This document shows positions 6,458 to 15,181 of a stretch of 20,287 nt of DNA, in pieces. The notes under the pieces are model-generated. The model saw nothing but the letters and a program-made list of their open reading frames with translations. It was not told where the DNA came from and made no database searches. How positions within the stretch are numbered: position 1 is the stretch's first letter; the number at the start of each line of letters is the position of its first letter. Where the stretch lies: positions 1 through 20,287 of the forward strand of contig JBDHJS010000056.1 of NCBI GenBank assembly GCA_039586795.1, read 5' to 3'. The translations under genes were made by a program, and so were the position numbers. This stretch comes from Gemmatimonadota bacterium (lineage in GTDB: Bacteria > Gemmatimonadota > Gemmatimonadetes > Palauibacterales > KS3-K002).

Positions 6458-7699
6458 ATGCTACGTAGGTCGTTCGTTCCTGTCATACTGTTGGCGGTCG
6501 CCTGTTCCGGAGTAGAAACCGAAGAGGAATTGACTGCCAGGGCGCGTGAGATCCACGATCGTGTGATCACAATCGATACGCACGACGACATCCCGTCGAA
6601 CTTCGCGACAGCCGAGGTCGACCCGGGAGTACGCGGCGATCGGCAGGTCGATTTGCCGAAGATGGAGGAAGGTGGCCTCGATGTCGGCTTCTTCGTGGTC
6701 TACGTGGGTCAAACGGAACGGACTCCTGAGAACTACGAAGCGACGAAGGATGCCGCGATGATGAAGTTCGACGCCATCCACCGCATGGCCGCTGAGATGT
6801 ATCCGGACCGCATCGAGCTGGCCTACACGCCGGACGACGTGGAACGTATCCATGCCAGCGGGAAATTGGTCGCGTGTATCGGTATCGAGAACGGCTATGC
6901 TATCGGCCGTGACCTGAGCCTGGTGGAGAAATACTACGATCTAGGTGCCCGCTACATGACACTGTCTCACAACGGACACAACGATATCTGCGATTCGGCG
7001 AATCCGCGGGACGGTCTTGGAGATGCGGAGAGCGAACACAACGGGGTCAGCGAATTCGGAGAGCAAGTAATCGCTGAGATGAACCGCGTCGGAATGCTGA
7101 TCGATGTTTCACATATCTCGAAGAAATCGATGCTCGACGCGGCGCGCCTGTCTCGGGCTCCGGTCATCGCATCCCACTCCTCCACAGCCGCATTGCGACC
7201 CATTCCGCGCAACATGGACGACGAACAACTCCTGGCCTTGAAAGAGAACGGTGGCGTCATCCAGATCGTCGGCCTCGGCTCTTTCGTGAAGGAAGATCCA
7301 CCCGAGAAAGTGGAGGCGATGGAGGAGCTCCGCGCAGAGATGGGCGTTACCAGCTACGCTGCATGGGGCACGCTGTCGGATGAAGAGAGAAACGAGTACC
7401 GCCGGCGTGCGGGAGAGATCGAAGCAGAGTGGCCGACCACCGTCGCCGATTTCGTCGATCACATCGACCATGCCGTCGAGCTGATTGGTATCGATCACGT
7501 GGGCATCAGCTCGGACTTCGACGGCGGCGGCGGCGTATACGGCTGGAACGACGCCAGCGAGACCTTCAACGTGACCCTCGAGCTGGTCCGGCGCGGCTAC
7601 TCCGAGGAGGAGATTCGCAAGCTGTGGGGTGGGAATCTGCTACGCGTGTGGCGTGAGGCGGATCGCGTGGCGGCGGAGATGAGCGCCGAAACCCACTAG
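6458..7699 (+). CDS. Membrane dipeptidase (peptidase M19, renal dipeptidase family), lipoprotein
   Basis: Metal-binding and catalytic motifs IDTHDD, GIENG, TLSHNGHN, DVSH, ASHS, RNMDD, SSDFDG, GGNLLRV. Lipobox-like LAVAC. SD GGAG upstream. Confidence 0.93.
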   Translation: MLRRSFVPVILLAVACSGVETEEELTARAREIHDRVITIDTHDDIPSNFATAEVDPGVRGDRQVDLPKMEEGGLDVGFFVVYVGQTERTPENYEATKDAAMMKFDAIHRMAAEMYPDRIELAYTPDDVERIHASGKLVACIGIENGYAIGRDLSLVEKYYDLGARYMTLSHNGHNDICDSANPRDGLGDAESEHNGVSEFGEQVIAEMNRVGMLIDVSHISKKSMLDAARLSRAPVIASHSSTAALRPIPRNMDDEQLLALKENGGVIQIVGLGSFVKEDPPEKVEAMEELRAEMGVTSYAAWGTLSDEERNEYRRRAGEIEAEWPTTVADFVDHIDHAVELIGIDHVGISSDFDGGGGVYGWNDASETFNVTLELVRRGYSEEEIRKLWGGNLLRVWREADRVAAEMSAETH

Positions 7700-7740
7700 G
7701 CTTACCAACAAAGCCGGCGACCAACAACGCTAGGGGTCGA

Positions 7741-7775
7741 CGGGGGCCTGCCGATGGGCAGGCCCTTCCGCTTTT
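7741..7775 (+). terminator. Rho-independent terminator after the dipeptidase
   Basis: GGGCCTGCC (7744-7752) / GGCAGGCCC (7757-7765) stem with a GATG loop, followed by TTCCGCTTTT. Confidence 0.6.
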
Positions 7776-7897
7776 GATTCTGATGACAGGCGCGCCGGAT
7801 GGGGGCAAAATGTCACACCTCGGCGCCGGTCGCCATTCCTGAAAAGAGGGCGTTCTGGCAGGCGAATCGCCGGAACCGCGGCCTTCGGGGCCACGCC

Positions 7898-7926
7898 TTG
7901 ACGGGCATGGAAAGTGCGTGGAGATT
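7898..7926 (+). promoter_or_regulatory. Possible promoter of the DUF1707-pnt operon
   Basis: TTGACG (7898-7903), 17 bp, GAGATT (7921-7926). The -10 match is weak. Confidence 0.3.
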
Positions 7927-7998
7927 GGGGGCCGGTCCTATGAAATTCAGCCACGGTCAAAGGCGCGACAGCTACCTTGACCCAAGCGTCGGGGGGCT

Positions 7999-8649
7999 AT
8001 GAGCGATCGATCGCTGGCCGCCCAGCCACCGTCACCGGAACGACGCGACCAGGCTGTGGACGAGCTCTGCGAGCACTTCGCAGCCGGTCACATCGAGTTG
8101 GAGACGCTGGAAGAGCGGTTATCGGCGGTGGAGAAGGCGGTGAGCGAAGCCGAGTTGTCGGAGCTCGTGAAGGACCTGCCAGCGCTGCCGACAGTTGCGG
8201 GAGAGACTGCTCCAGTGGCGGTGCGAACACAGGAGGCCGCCGTTGCCGTTCGGCCGGCCGGGCGCGGCTGGGCCTTGGCGCTGATGGGCGGTGCCTCGAG
8301 GAAGGGAGTATGGACGCCGCCGCGGAGGCTCAACGCGGTCGCCGTGATGGGCGGTGTAGAGCTGGATTTCCGAGATGCCCAGTTACCGGCAGGAGAGACA
8401 CACGTCACGGCCGTAGCCTTGATGGGCGGCATCGAGATCGTCGTGCCGCCGGGTCTGCCGGTCACGGTGAGGGGTTTAGGTGTGCTGGGGGCGGTTGATC
8501 AGGTCGAGCACAGCGTTGCCGGAGTCGGTCCGAATACTCCACAGCTCAAGATAACAGCACTCGCCTGCATGGGCGGAATCGAAGTTAAGACTGAAGCAAG
8601 CAGCAGCACGAAGCAGATTGAGTCCAAGCGAAACGAGAAGGAAACATGA
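7999..8649 (+). CDS. DUF1707 (SHOCT-like) domain + LiaF/DUF2154-like beta-repeat protein
   Basis: RRDQAVDELCEHFAAGHIELETLEERL...ELSELVKDLP is the DUF1707 pattern. Repeated (A/V)xMGG(V/I)E motifs, LDFRDA and IVVPPG match the LiaF-type C-terminal domain. The stop overlaps the next start (ATGA, 8646-8649). Confidence 0.85.
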   Translation: MSDRSLAAQPPSPERRDQAVDELCEHFAAGHIELETLEERLSAVEKAVSEAELSELVKDLPALPTVAGETAPVAVRTQEAAVAVRPAGRGWALALMGGASRKGVWTPPRRLNAVAVMGGVELDFRDAQLPAGETHVTAVALMGGIEIVVPPGLPVTVRGLGVLGAVDQVEHSVAGVGPNTPQLKITALACMGGIEVKTEASSSTKQIESKRNEKET

Positions 8650-9770
8650 AGATCGGAGTCCCCAAGGAGATTGCTGAGGGCGAACGCCGAGTCGCCCTGG
8701 TGCCGAAGGAAGTGAAGAAGCTGGTTGACGCCGGGATCGATGTGCAGATCGAAGCCGGCGCCGGAGCAAGCTCTTACTTCTCGGACGACGAGTACAAGGA
8801 AGCGGGCGCGAGCATCGCCAGCGGTGCCCAGGCGGCTTATGACGCGGACGTCGTCTTCAAGGTCCAGAAGCCCGAACTGTCCGAAGTGGACATGATGAAA
8901 GAGGGCCTGGTCCTCATCGGGTTCCTGGACCCGCTGACCAGCCCTGACCTGGCGAAGAAGATGGCGTCGCAGAAGGTCAGCTCGTTCGCGATGGAGACGG
9001 TGCCGCGGATCAGCCGAGCGCAGAAGATGGACGCCCTCTCCTCTCAGGCCAACATCGCCGGCTACAAGGCGGCGCTTATTGCGGCGGTCAGTCTTCCCAA
9101 GTTTTTCCCCATGTCGATGACCGCAGCGGGAATGATCCCGCCGGCGAAAGCCGTGATTCTGGGCGTCGGCGTTGCCGGTCTCCAGGCGATCGCCACGTGC
9201 AGGCGCCTCGGCGCTTCGGTGGAAGCCTACGACATTCGTCCGGCTACTCGTGAAGAGGTGCAGAGCCTGGGCGCCAAGTTCATCGATATCGAGCTGCAGG
9301 AAGAGGGCCTCGAGGACGAGGGTGGCTACGGCAAAGAGGTCTCGGAGGACTCCGCGAAGCGGCAGCAGGAGGTCGTCGCCGAGCACACCAAGGCGGCCGA
9401 CATCGTGATCACGACCGCCGCCGTCCCCGGAAAGAAGGCGCCGATCCTCGTGGAAGAGGAAGCGGTGAAGGGGATGAAAGAGGGTTCGGTGATCGTCGAC
9501 CTGGCGGCGGAGACGGGCGGAAACTGCCCGCTCACCGAGTTCGGCAAAACCGTGGTGAAGCATGGTGTGACGATTCACGGGCCGGCCAATCTGGTCAGCG
9601 AGATGCCGGTAGACGCGAGCACGCTGTACGCCCGCAACGTCACGGCGTTATTCAACGAAATGGTGAAAGAAGGCGAGCTGAAACTGGACTTCGAGGATGA
9701 AGTGATCAGCGGCAGCTGCGTCACGCACAACGGAGAAGTCGTGAACGAGCGCGTCAAGGCGCTGCTGTGA
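8646..9770 (+). CDS. pntAA: NAD(P) transhydrogenase subunit alpha part 1 (domain I)
   Basis: MKIGVPKE...ERRVAL, RISRAQKMDALSSQANIAGYKA, GVGVAGLQA Rossmann motif, GGYGKE mobile loop, DLAAETGGNC. Confidence 0.97.
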   Translation: MKIGVPKEIAEGERRVALVPKEVKKLVDAGIDVQIEAGAGASSYFSDDEYKEAGASIASGAQAAYDADVVFKVQKPELSEVDMMKEGLVLIGFLDPLTSPDLAKKMASQKVSSFAMETVPRISRAQKMDALSSQANIAGYKAALIAAVSLPKFFPMSMTAAGMIPPAKAVILGVGVAGLQAIATCRRLGASVEAYDIRPATREEVQSLGAKFIDIELQEEGLEDEGGYGKEVSEDSAKRQQEVVAEHTKAADIVITTAAVPGKKAPILVEEEAVKGMKEGSVIVDLAAETGGNCPLTEFGKTVVKHGVTIHGPANLVSEMPVDASTLYARNVTALFNEMVKEGELKLDFEDEVISGSCVTHNGEVVNERVKALL

Positions 9771-9780
9771 GGTAAGCCAA

Positions 9781-10089
9781 ATGCCTGAAGCACTACTCAA
9801 CAATCTGTACATCCTCGTCCTCGCGATGTTCACGGGGTTTGAGGTCATCACGAAGGTGCCGCCGCTGTTGCACACACCGCTGATGTCGGGATCGAACGCG
9901 ATCTCCGGGATCTCGGTGGTTGGCGCGATCATCATCACGGCGGCAGCCGCGGGTGACCAGATGATCCTGATCCTCGGCGTGATTGCCGTGGCGATGGGGA
10001 TGATCAACGTAGCGGGCGGATTCCTGGTGACCGACCGCATGCTGGAGATGTTCAAGAAGAAGCCGGATACCGGTGGCGCGAGCAACTAG
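9781..10089 (+). CDS. pntAB: NAD(P) transhydrogenase subunit alpha part 2
   Basis: KVPPLLHTPLMSGSNAISGI and GGFLVTDRMLEMF signatures, three hydrophobic segments. Confidence 0.97.
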   Translation: MPEALLNNLYILVLAMFTGFEVITKVPPLLHTPLMSGSNAISGISVVGAIIITAAAAGDQMILILGVIAVAMGMINVAGGFLVTDRMLEMFKKKPDTGGASN

Positions 10090-10148
10090 ACGTTACCGTG
10101 ACTCCAAGATTACGAAATTGCAAACGTTAGCATAGCGGACCTGCGATC

Positions 10149-11552
10149 ATGGATTTCTTTACAGTAGCAAACCTGGCCTATCTGGTTTCTGCTGCCCTGT
10201 TCATCTTCGGGTTGAAACGGTTGCAGTCACCGAAGACGGCCAGGACAGGCAACATCATGGCGGCGGTCGGTATGGGGATCGCCATCATCGTCACGTTGCT
10301 GGAGACGGACTTCGCCAACTGGCAGGCGATTCTGATCGGCGGCATCATCGGCGCGCTGATCGGGTCGATATCGGCGCGAGCCGTGCAGATGACGGCCATG
10401 CCGCAGATGGTCGGAATATTCAACGGCTTCGGCGGCGGCGCTTCAGCGCTGGTGGCGATCTCGGAGTTCCTCCGCATCCTCGGGCACGGCGACATCCTGA
10501 CGGGAGATGCCGGCGTCAGCATCATGCTCGGCACGCTGATCGGTGGCGTCACCTTCTCGGGTAGCATGATTGCCTTCCTGAAGCTGCAAGGTCTGATGAC
10601 GGGGGCACCCATCACGTGGCCGTTGCAGAAGAGCCTGAACCTGACGCTGATCATCGCCATCATGGCCATCGGCGCCTACGTGGTTTGGTGGGACTCGGGC
10701 AACCTGACGCTCTACCTGGTCATCATCGGCCTGGCGTTGGTGCTCGGTATAACTTCGGTGATCCCGATCGGTGGCGCCGACATGCCCGTGGTGATCTCGC
10801 TGTTGAACTCATATTCGGGACTCGCCGCCGCGGCCGCCGGCTTCGTCGTCGATAACCGCGTGCTTATCATCAGCGGCTCGCTCGTCGGCGCGTCCGGTCT
10901 CATCCTGACGAACATCATGTGCGTCGGCATGAACCGCTCACTGGCCAACGTGCTGTTCGGCGCGGTGGGTACTGAAGACGTGGGCGCCGGCGGTAGTGTC
11001 GGGGCCGGCGAGCACGCGGGAACGGTGCGGGACATCGCCGCCGAAGAGGCCGCGATGATCCTCGCCTACGCCAACTCCGTGATATTCGTACCCGGCTATG
11101 GCATGGCGGTGGCGCAGGCACAGCACGCGGTGCGGGAACTGGCGGACGTGCTCAAAGACCGGGGCGTGGACGTGAAGTACGCGATTCACCCCGTGGCGGG
11201 CCGCATGCCCGGTCACATGAACGTGCTGTTGGCCGAAGCGAACGTGCCCTACGACGAGTTGTTTGACATGGACGACATCAACCACGCGTTCAAGACGACG
11301 ACGGTAGCCGTGGTCATCGGCGCCAACGACGTGGTGAACCCGGCGGCGCGACATGATACGACGAGCCCGCTTTACGGCATGCCGATCCTCGATGTCGACG
11401 AGGCCGAGCACATCATCGTCCTCAAGCGCTCTATGCGCGCTGGATTCGCCGGCGTCGAGAACGAGCTATTCTTCCACCCGAAGACGATGATGCTCTTCGG
11501 CGACGCGAAGGACTCGGTGACGGGGATGACGACGGGCGCGAAGAACGCTTGA
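10149..11552 (+). CDS. pntB: NAD(P) transhydrogenase subunit beta
   Basis: MTAMPQMV, IGGADMPVVISLLNSYSG, PGYGMAVAQAQ, HPVAGRMPGHMNVLLAEA, GANDVVNPAA, KRSM. Confidence 0.98.
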   Translation: MDFFTVANLAYLVSAALFIFGLKRLQSPKTARTGNIMAAVGMGIAIIVTLLETDFANWQAILIGGIIGALIGSISARAVQMTAMPQMVGIFNGFGGGASALVAISEFLRILGHGDILTGDAGVSIMLGTLIGGVTFSGSMIAFLKLQGLMTGAPITWPLQKSLNLTLIIAIMAIGAYVVWWDSGNLTLYLVIIGLALVLGITSVIPIGGADMPVVISLLNSYSGLAAAAAGFVVDNRVLIISGSLVGASGLILTNIMCVGMNRSLANVLFGAVGTEDVGAGGSVGAGEHAGTVRDIAAEEAAMILAYANSVIFVPGYGMAVAQAQHAVRELADVLKDRGVDVKYAIHPVAGRMPGHMNVLLAEANVPYDELFDMDDINHAFKTTTVAVVIGANDVVNPAARHDTTSPLYGMPILDVDEAEHIIVLKRSMRAGFAGVENELFFHPKTMMLFGDAKDSVTGMTTGAKNA

Positions 11553-11554
11553 TT

Positions 11555-11597
11555 CGGTAGACGGTAGGAATGTAGACAGTAGACGGTGGACGGTTGA
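11555..11597. repeat. Degenerate heptamer tandem repeat (consensus CGGTAGA, about 6 units)
   Basis: CGGTAGA CGGTAGG AATGTAGA CAGTAGA CGGTGGA CGGTTGA immediately after the pntB stop. Confidence 0.7.
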
Positions 11598-11624
11598 GCA
11601 GGGCCGTCCACCGTCTTGCTGTTT
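11581..11624 (+). terminator. Stem-loop after pntB (probable terminator)
   Basis: 13-bp inverted repeat AGACGGTGGACGG (11581-11593) / CCGTCCACCGTCT (11604-11616), followed by TGCTGTTT. Confidence 0.6.
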
Positions 11625-11750
11625 AGCACTGGATCGTACATCGGGTCAGCGTCGACGCCCCGTCAGCGACCGCGGCCGCGCCCCGCGCCAGCGACTTCAG
11701 CATCCCAGCCCGACAGCCAAGACTCACCGCTCAAGACGGGAAGTCGAGCA

Positions 11751-11778
11751 TTGACAGCCGAGTTAACGCTGTTATCTT
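11751..11778 (+). promoter_or_regulatory. Sigma70 promoter of the tetR-efflux operon
   Basis: Consensus TTGACA (11751-11756), 16 bp, TATCTT (11773-11778), with extended -10 TG at 11770-11771. SD GGAGG at 11809-11813. Confidence 0.75.
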
Positions 11779-11802
11779 AACGCCGTACACTAAACACTGT
11801 TA
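11764..11802. promoter_or_regulatory. Three tandem palindromic operator boxes (TAAC-N3-GTTA), probable TetR autoregulatory sites
   Basis: TAACGCTGTTA (11764-11774), TAACGCCGTAC (11778-11788), AAACACTGTTA (11792-11802). Exact 14-bp period, overlapping the -10 and the expected +1. Confidence 0.7.
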
Positions 11803-11817
11803 ACCCTCGGAGGCGGT

Positions 11818-12477
11818 ATGACGCCAAAAGTATCGGATCCGGTGCGCGCTTCGGAGACCGAGGCAGCGATACTGGAAGCGGCGCGGGATCTATTGGCTGA
11901 GGGCGGGCTGGAAGCCGTGTCGATGCGGAGCGTGGCGGCCCGGGTGGGGCTTAGCGCTACGGCGATCTACAACTACTTCGAAAACAAGGGCGATCTGGTA
12001 CGCCAGGTCGTTCACCAGGGCTTCGAACGCTTTACGAGCTACCTGCAAGATGCGGTGAAGGACCTGCCGAAGGGCTCGCGAGAGCGGATGCGAGCGCACG
12101 GTCGAGCATACCTGCGCTTCGCGTTGGAGAACCGCGAGTATTTCCGTGTGATCTTCGCGGCCCATGGAGAAGCGGGTGAGATCGACGAGCTGCCGGCGGG
12201 CGGTGGCTACCCGATGTTCAGACAGGCGGTGGCGGAGGCAATGGATGCTGGGGCTATCCGCAGTGCCGATCCCGACCTTGTGGTTCTGTATCTGTGGACG
12301 TTGGTGCATGGGCTCGTGACGCTGCAGTTGGCATTCGAGCCGGACGCGCGTTGTCCGCACAGCGGTGAACAGCTCACGGGCCTGGAGCTCTTCGAGCGGT
12401 TTGCCGATTTCGTATACCAGGGGCTGCGTCCCGACCAGCCGTCGCTGGCCGAAACGACCGAGGTTACGGCGACGTAG
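11818..12477 (+). CDS. TetR/AcrR family transcriptional regulator (WHG-type C-terminal domain)
   Basis: ILEAARDLLAEGGLEAVSMRSVAARVGLSATAIYNYFENKGDL HTH, and LWTLVHGLVTL WHG motif. Confidence 0.95.
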   Translation: MTPKVSDPVRASETEAAILEAARDLLAEGGLEAVSMRSVAARVGLSATAIYNYFENKGDLVRQVVHQGFERFTSYLQDAVKDLPKGSRERMRAHGRAYLRFALENREYFRVIFAAHGEAGEIDELPAGGGYPMFRQAVAEAMDAGAIRSADPDLVVLYLWTLVHGLVTLQLAFEPDARCPHSGEQLTGLELFERFADFVYQGLRPDQPSLAETTEVTAT

Positions 12478-12503
12478 TTGGGTGTAGTCCCTCAACCACA
12501 TAC

Positions 12504-14018
12504 ATGAACAGCGCGAGGAGAGTAAGCGTGTTGAAGATAGCCAGGTGGCAGGCCAATGGGCTGGCGGTGCTGCTGAGCGTGGCGCTGGCCGCGACGGATG
12601 CGGCTGGGCAGGATCCCGATGTGGATACCTATTCGCTGCGCGATGCGATTCTTGTTGCCCTGAAGAACAACCGGGATCTGGAGAACGCGCAGCTCGGATT
12701 GGAGTCGGCGAACGCACAGGTAAGAGAAGCCTGGGGCAGCGTTCTGCCGTCGATCGACGCGACAGTTGGCTACACGCGCAACTTGCGTGTGCAGGAAGCC
12801 TTCTTGCCGGCGATCATCTTCGATCCCAACGCTGATCCCAACGAGTTGGTCCCGGTGAGATTCGGCGCCGACAACGCCTGGTCGGCCCAGGTGTGGGTGC
12901 GCCAGCCGCTATTCGACGCCGGTGCATTTGTCGGCGTAGGCACGGCCGGTCGATTCAAAGCGATGCAGGAGGAGGTCGTGCGTGGCCAGGCGCAGCTGAC
13001 AGCCTCGAGAGTGCGACGTGCGTACTACACTGCGCTGTTGGCCAAAGAGGATGTTCGACTGATCGAGGAGAGCATCAGGCGCACCGAGGAGACGTTGGGT
13101 GAGACCGAGGCGATGAACCGCTCGGGACTGGCCAGCAACTACGACGTGCTGCGACTGCGCGTCCGGCTCGCCAACCTGAGGCCGAACCAACAGAGAGCGG
13201 TGAACGCATTGGCGAAAGCGGAGCGTGACCTGTCGGTCGAGATGGGACTGGATCAGGTCCAGCCCATCCGAGTAGCCGGCGAGCTGCACCAGGTCAACCT
13301 GGCCTCGATCGAAGTGAACCAGGGCCCCAACGGGGACTTGCTGCGTCTCGTTGGATACCAGAACGCGCTCGATGCCTCGCTCGAAGATCTTTACCAGATG
13401 GCGTTGACCATGCGCTCGGATCTGCGGCAGGCGCATCTCAACTACCAGTTGCAGAACGCCAGAGTGAAGTACGAGAAGACCAGCTACTACCCGAAGCTGA
13501 ACGCGATCTTTAACGCCGGCCTCGTCGCGCAGGAGAACGGAAATCCCGACTTCTTTGGCGAACGGGGCAACCAGCGGTCGACGTTGGCAAACATCGGAAT
13601 AGCGGTCGAGATTCCTATATTTCAAGGTTTCCAGCGGTCAGCACGCATGCAGCAGCGAGTTCTGGAGCGACAGCAGGCCCAGGTTAGTGCCGATCTGCTG
13701 CAGCGGCAGGCGGCGAACCAGATTCGCACGGCCTACGAGGCGCTGATCGAGGCTCGTCAGCGGGCCGAAGCGCAGCGCGAGGCCGTGAGCGAGGCTGGCC
13801 GCGGTTTTCAGATCGTGACCTCACAGTACCTGGCGGGTATCAGCTCGCAGCTGGAAGTAACTGAAGGGGAAGTGCTGCTGCGGGAGTCAGAGTTCGCGTA
13901 TGCGCAGGCGATCTTCGATTACCTGTTGGCGCAGGCCGTTCTGGATGAAGCTGTGGGTATCGTCCCTCTGGTGGATGTGGGCGTACCTGAAGAGCCGAGC
14001 ACGAGCATCTCTGAATAG
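12504..14018 (+). CDS. TolC-family outer membrane efflux protein
   Basis: Signal peptide, SLRDAILVALKNNRDL, two OEP-like repeats (LPSIDAT...QPLFD and YYPKLN...IPIFQGF), YLAGISSQLEV. Located between tetR and the MFP gene. Confidence 0.92.
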   Translation: MNSARRVSVLKIARWQANGLAVLLSVALAATDAAGQDPDVDTYSLRDAILVALKNNRDLENAQLGLESANAQVREAWGSVLPSIDATVGYTRNLRVQEAFLPAIIFDPNADPNELVPVRFGADNAWSAQVWVRQPLFDAGAFVGVGTAGRFKAMQEEVVRGQAQLTASRVRRAYYTALLAKEDVRLIEESIRRTEETLGETEAMNRSGLASNYDVLRLRVRLANLRPNQQRAVNALAKAERDLSVEMGLDQVQPIRVAGELHQVNLASIEVNQGPNGDLLRLVGYQNALDASLEDLYQMALTMRSDLRQAHLNYQLQNARVKYEKTSYYPKLNAIFNAGLVAQENGNPDFFGERGNQRSTLANIGIAVEIPIFQGFQRSARMQQRVLERQQAQVSADLLQRQAANQIRTAYEALIEARQRAEAQREAVSEAGRGFQIVTSQYLAGISSQLEVTEGEVLLRESEFAYAQAIFDYLLAQAVLDEAVGIVPLVDVGVPEEPSTSISE

Positions 14019-14058
14019 AATGGCACAGTACCCATCAAGAGAAGGGGCGAGGCCCGTG

Positions 14059-15162
14059 ATGATAGAGAAGAGAACACTGAACGACGCCGGCTTGCTGCTC
14101 GGGCTCGTAGCCGCACTCGCCGTAGCTGGTTGTAGCCCATCGGGCCAGGAGAGCGAGGCTGCCGAGACGGAAGGGTCGGCATTCGTCAAGGTCGTGAATG
14201 TCGAGGTCGAGACGATCGCACCGAGAGATTTCACGACGTACATCCGACTGACCGGCGAGATTGAAGCGTACAGCGACGTGGATGTAAGCGCCGAGGAAAC
14301 CGGCGTAATCGAGCAGTTCTTCGCGGATAAGGGTGACTACGTGAGGGCCGGCGCACCGATAGCCAAGATCCGCGACGAAGTTTTGCGTGGCATGGTAAAC
14401 GAGGCGGAAGCCGCATCCAAGCTGGCGGCGGAGCGCTTCGAGCGCCAACGCCAGCTCTGGGAAGAAGAAGAGGTCGGCAGCGAGATCATGTTCCTGGAGG
14501 CCAAGTACCAGGCTGAACTACAAGCCGCCCGCTTGCAGACGCTACAGGCCCGGTTGTCACGGACGATAGTAAGAGCGCCGATAACGGGTGTATACGACGA
14601 CCGTTTTGTCGATCTCGGTGAGATGGTCGCGCCGGGAGTGCCGGTGGCGCAGTTGGTCGAAATCGATCGACTCAAGGTGACCGGCGGCGTAGCGGAGCGC
14701 TACGCGGCTTCGGTGCAGCCCGGTGACGCGGCTCGCATCAGCCTCGAAGTACTTGGCAACGAGGAGTACAGCGGAGTCATCCAGTTCGTGGGCAGTACGG
14801 TAGACCCGAGGAACCGGACGTTCCCGATAGAGATTGTGATGGATAACCCGGGACGCGTATTGAAGCCGCAGATGGTCGCCAACGTGGAAATCGCCAACAA
14901 TCGTCTGAGCGATGTGTTTGTGGTTCCGCAGGACGCGGTCGTTCGCACGGAAGACGGCTACCAGATCTTCGTTGTGTCGTCTTCCGACGGTGGCTTGCTG
15001 GCGGAGGCGCGGCCTGTTCGCTTGGGCCCGCTCTACGCGAACCTGGTGGTCGTCGAGGAAGGCCTCGCCGAAGGAGATCAGATCATTATTCGCGGCCAAC
15101 AGCTGGTTGAGGCTGGTGATCACGTGCGCATAGTAAACGCGGCCGAGTTGGGCGCGAAATAG
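14059..15162 (+). CDS. RND efflux periplasmic adaptor (membrane fusion protein), lipoprotein
   Basis: Lipobox VAGC, lipoyl motifs VSAEETGVI...GDYVRAG and VRAPITGV, VDPRNRTF, LKPQM, VPQDAV, GLAEGDQIIIRG. Start ATG 14059 (GAGG at 14049-14052) preferred. GTG 14056 or ATG 14020 are alternatives. Confidence 0.92.
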   Translation: MIEKRTLNDAGLLLGLVAALAVAGCSPSGQESEAAETEGSAFVKVVNVEVETIAPRDFTTYIRLTGEIEAYSDVDVSAEETGVIEQFFADKGDYVRAGAPIAKIRDEVLRGMVNEAEAASKLAAERFERQRQLWEEEEVGSEIMFLEAKYQAELQAARLQTLQARLSRTIVRAPITGVYDDRFVDLGEMVAPGVPVAQLVEIDRLKVTGGVAERYAASVQPGDAARISLEVLGNEEYSGVIQFVGSTVDPRNRTFPIEIVMDNPGRVLKPQMVANVEIANNRLSDVFVVPQDAVVRTEDGYQIFVVSSSDGGLLAEARPVRLGPLYANLVVVEEGLAEGDQIIIRGQQLVEAGDHVRIVNAAELGAK

Positions 15163-15181
15163 AGATAGAGGATAGGTCGAC

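Noticed and set aside
7936..7957. Possible Rex operator upstream of the pnt operon (CTATGAAATTCAGCCAC)
   Set aside because: Poor match to TTGTGAA-N4-TTCACAA; the right half-site does not fit.
8499..9578. 359-aa antisense ORF
   Set aside because: It lies opposite the clearly genuine pntAA and the end of the DUF1707 gene. Its H/R/L-rich composition is typical of shadow ORFs in GC-rich DNA.
8646..11552. Split alpha subunit (pntAA + pntAB) as a frameshift or pseudogene
   Set aside because: The three-gene arrangement is a known natural form (e.g. Rhodospirillum rubrum, Thermus thermophilus). Each ORF is intact, and pntAB has its own SD (GAGG) and ATG.
11555..11802. Repeats as a possible CRISPR or mini-array
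   Set aside because: Units are only 7 and 11-14 bp with no unique spacers and no cas genes. They are better explained as a tandem repeat and TetR operators.
11890..12717. 275-aa antisense ORF, and similar ones at 2874-3509, 3893-4510, 12909-13625, 14557-15183 and 17204-17983
   Set aside because: All lie antisense to well-supported genes and show no recognisable motifs.
13900..14058. Long N-terminal extension of the MFP ORF overlapping tolC
   Set aside because: It would overlap tolC by more than 100 bp and place the lipobox too far from the start. The downstream SD-supported start fits better.
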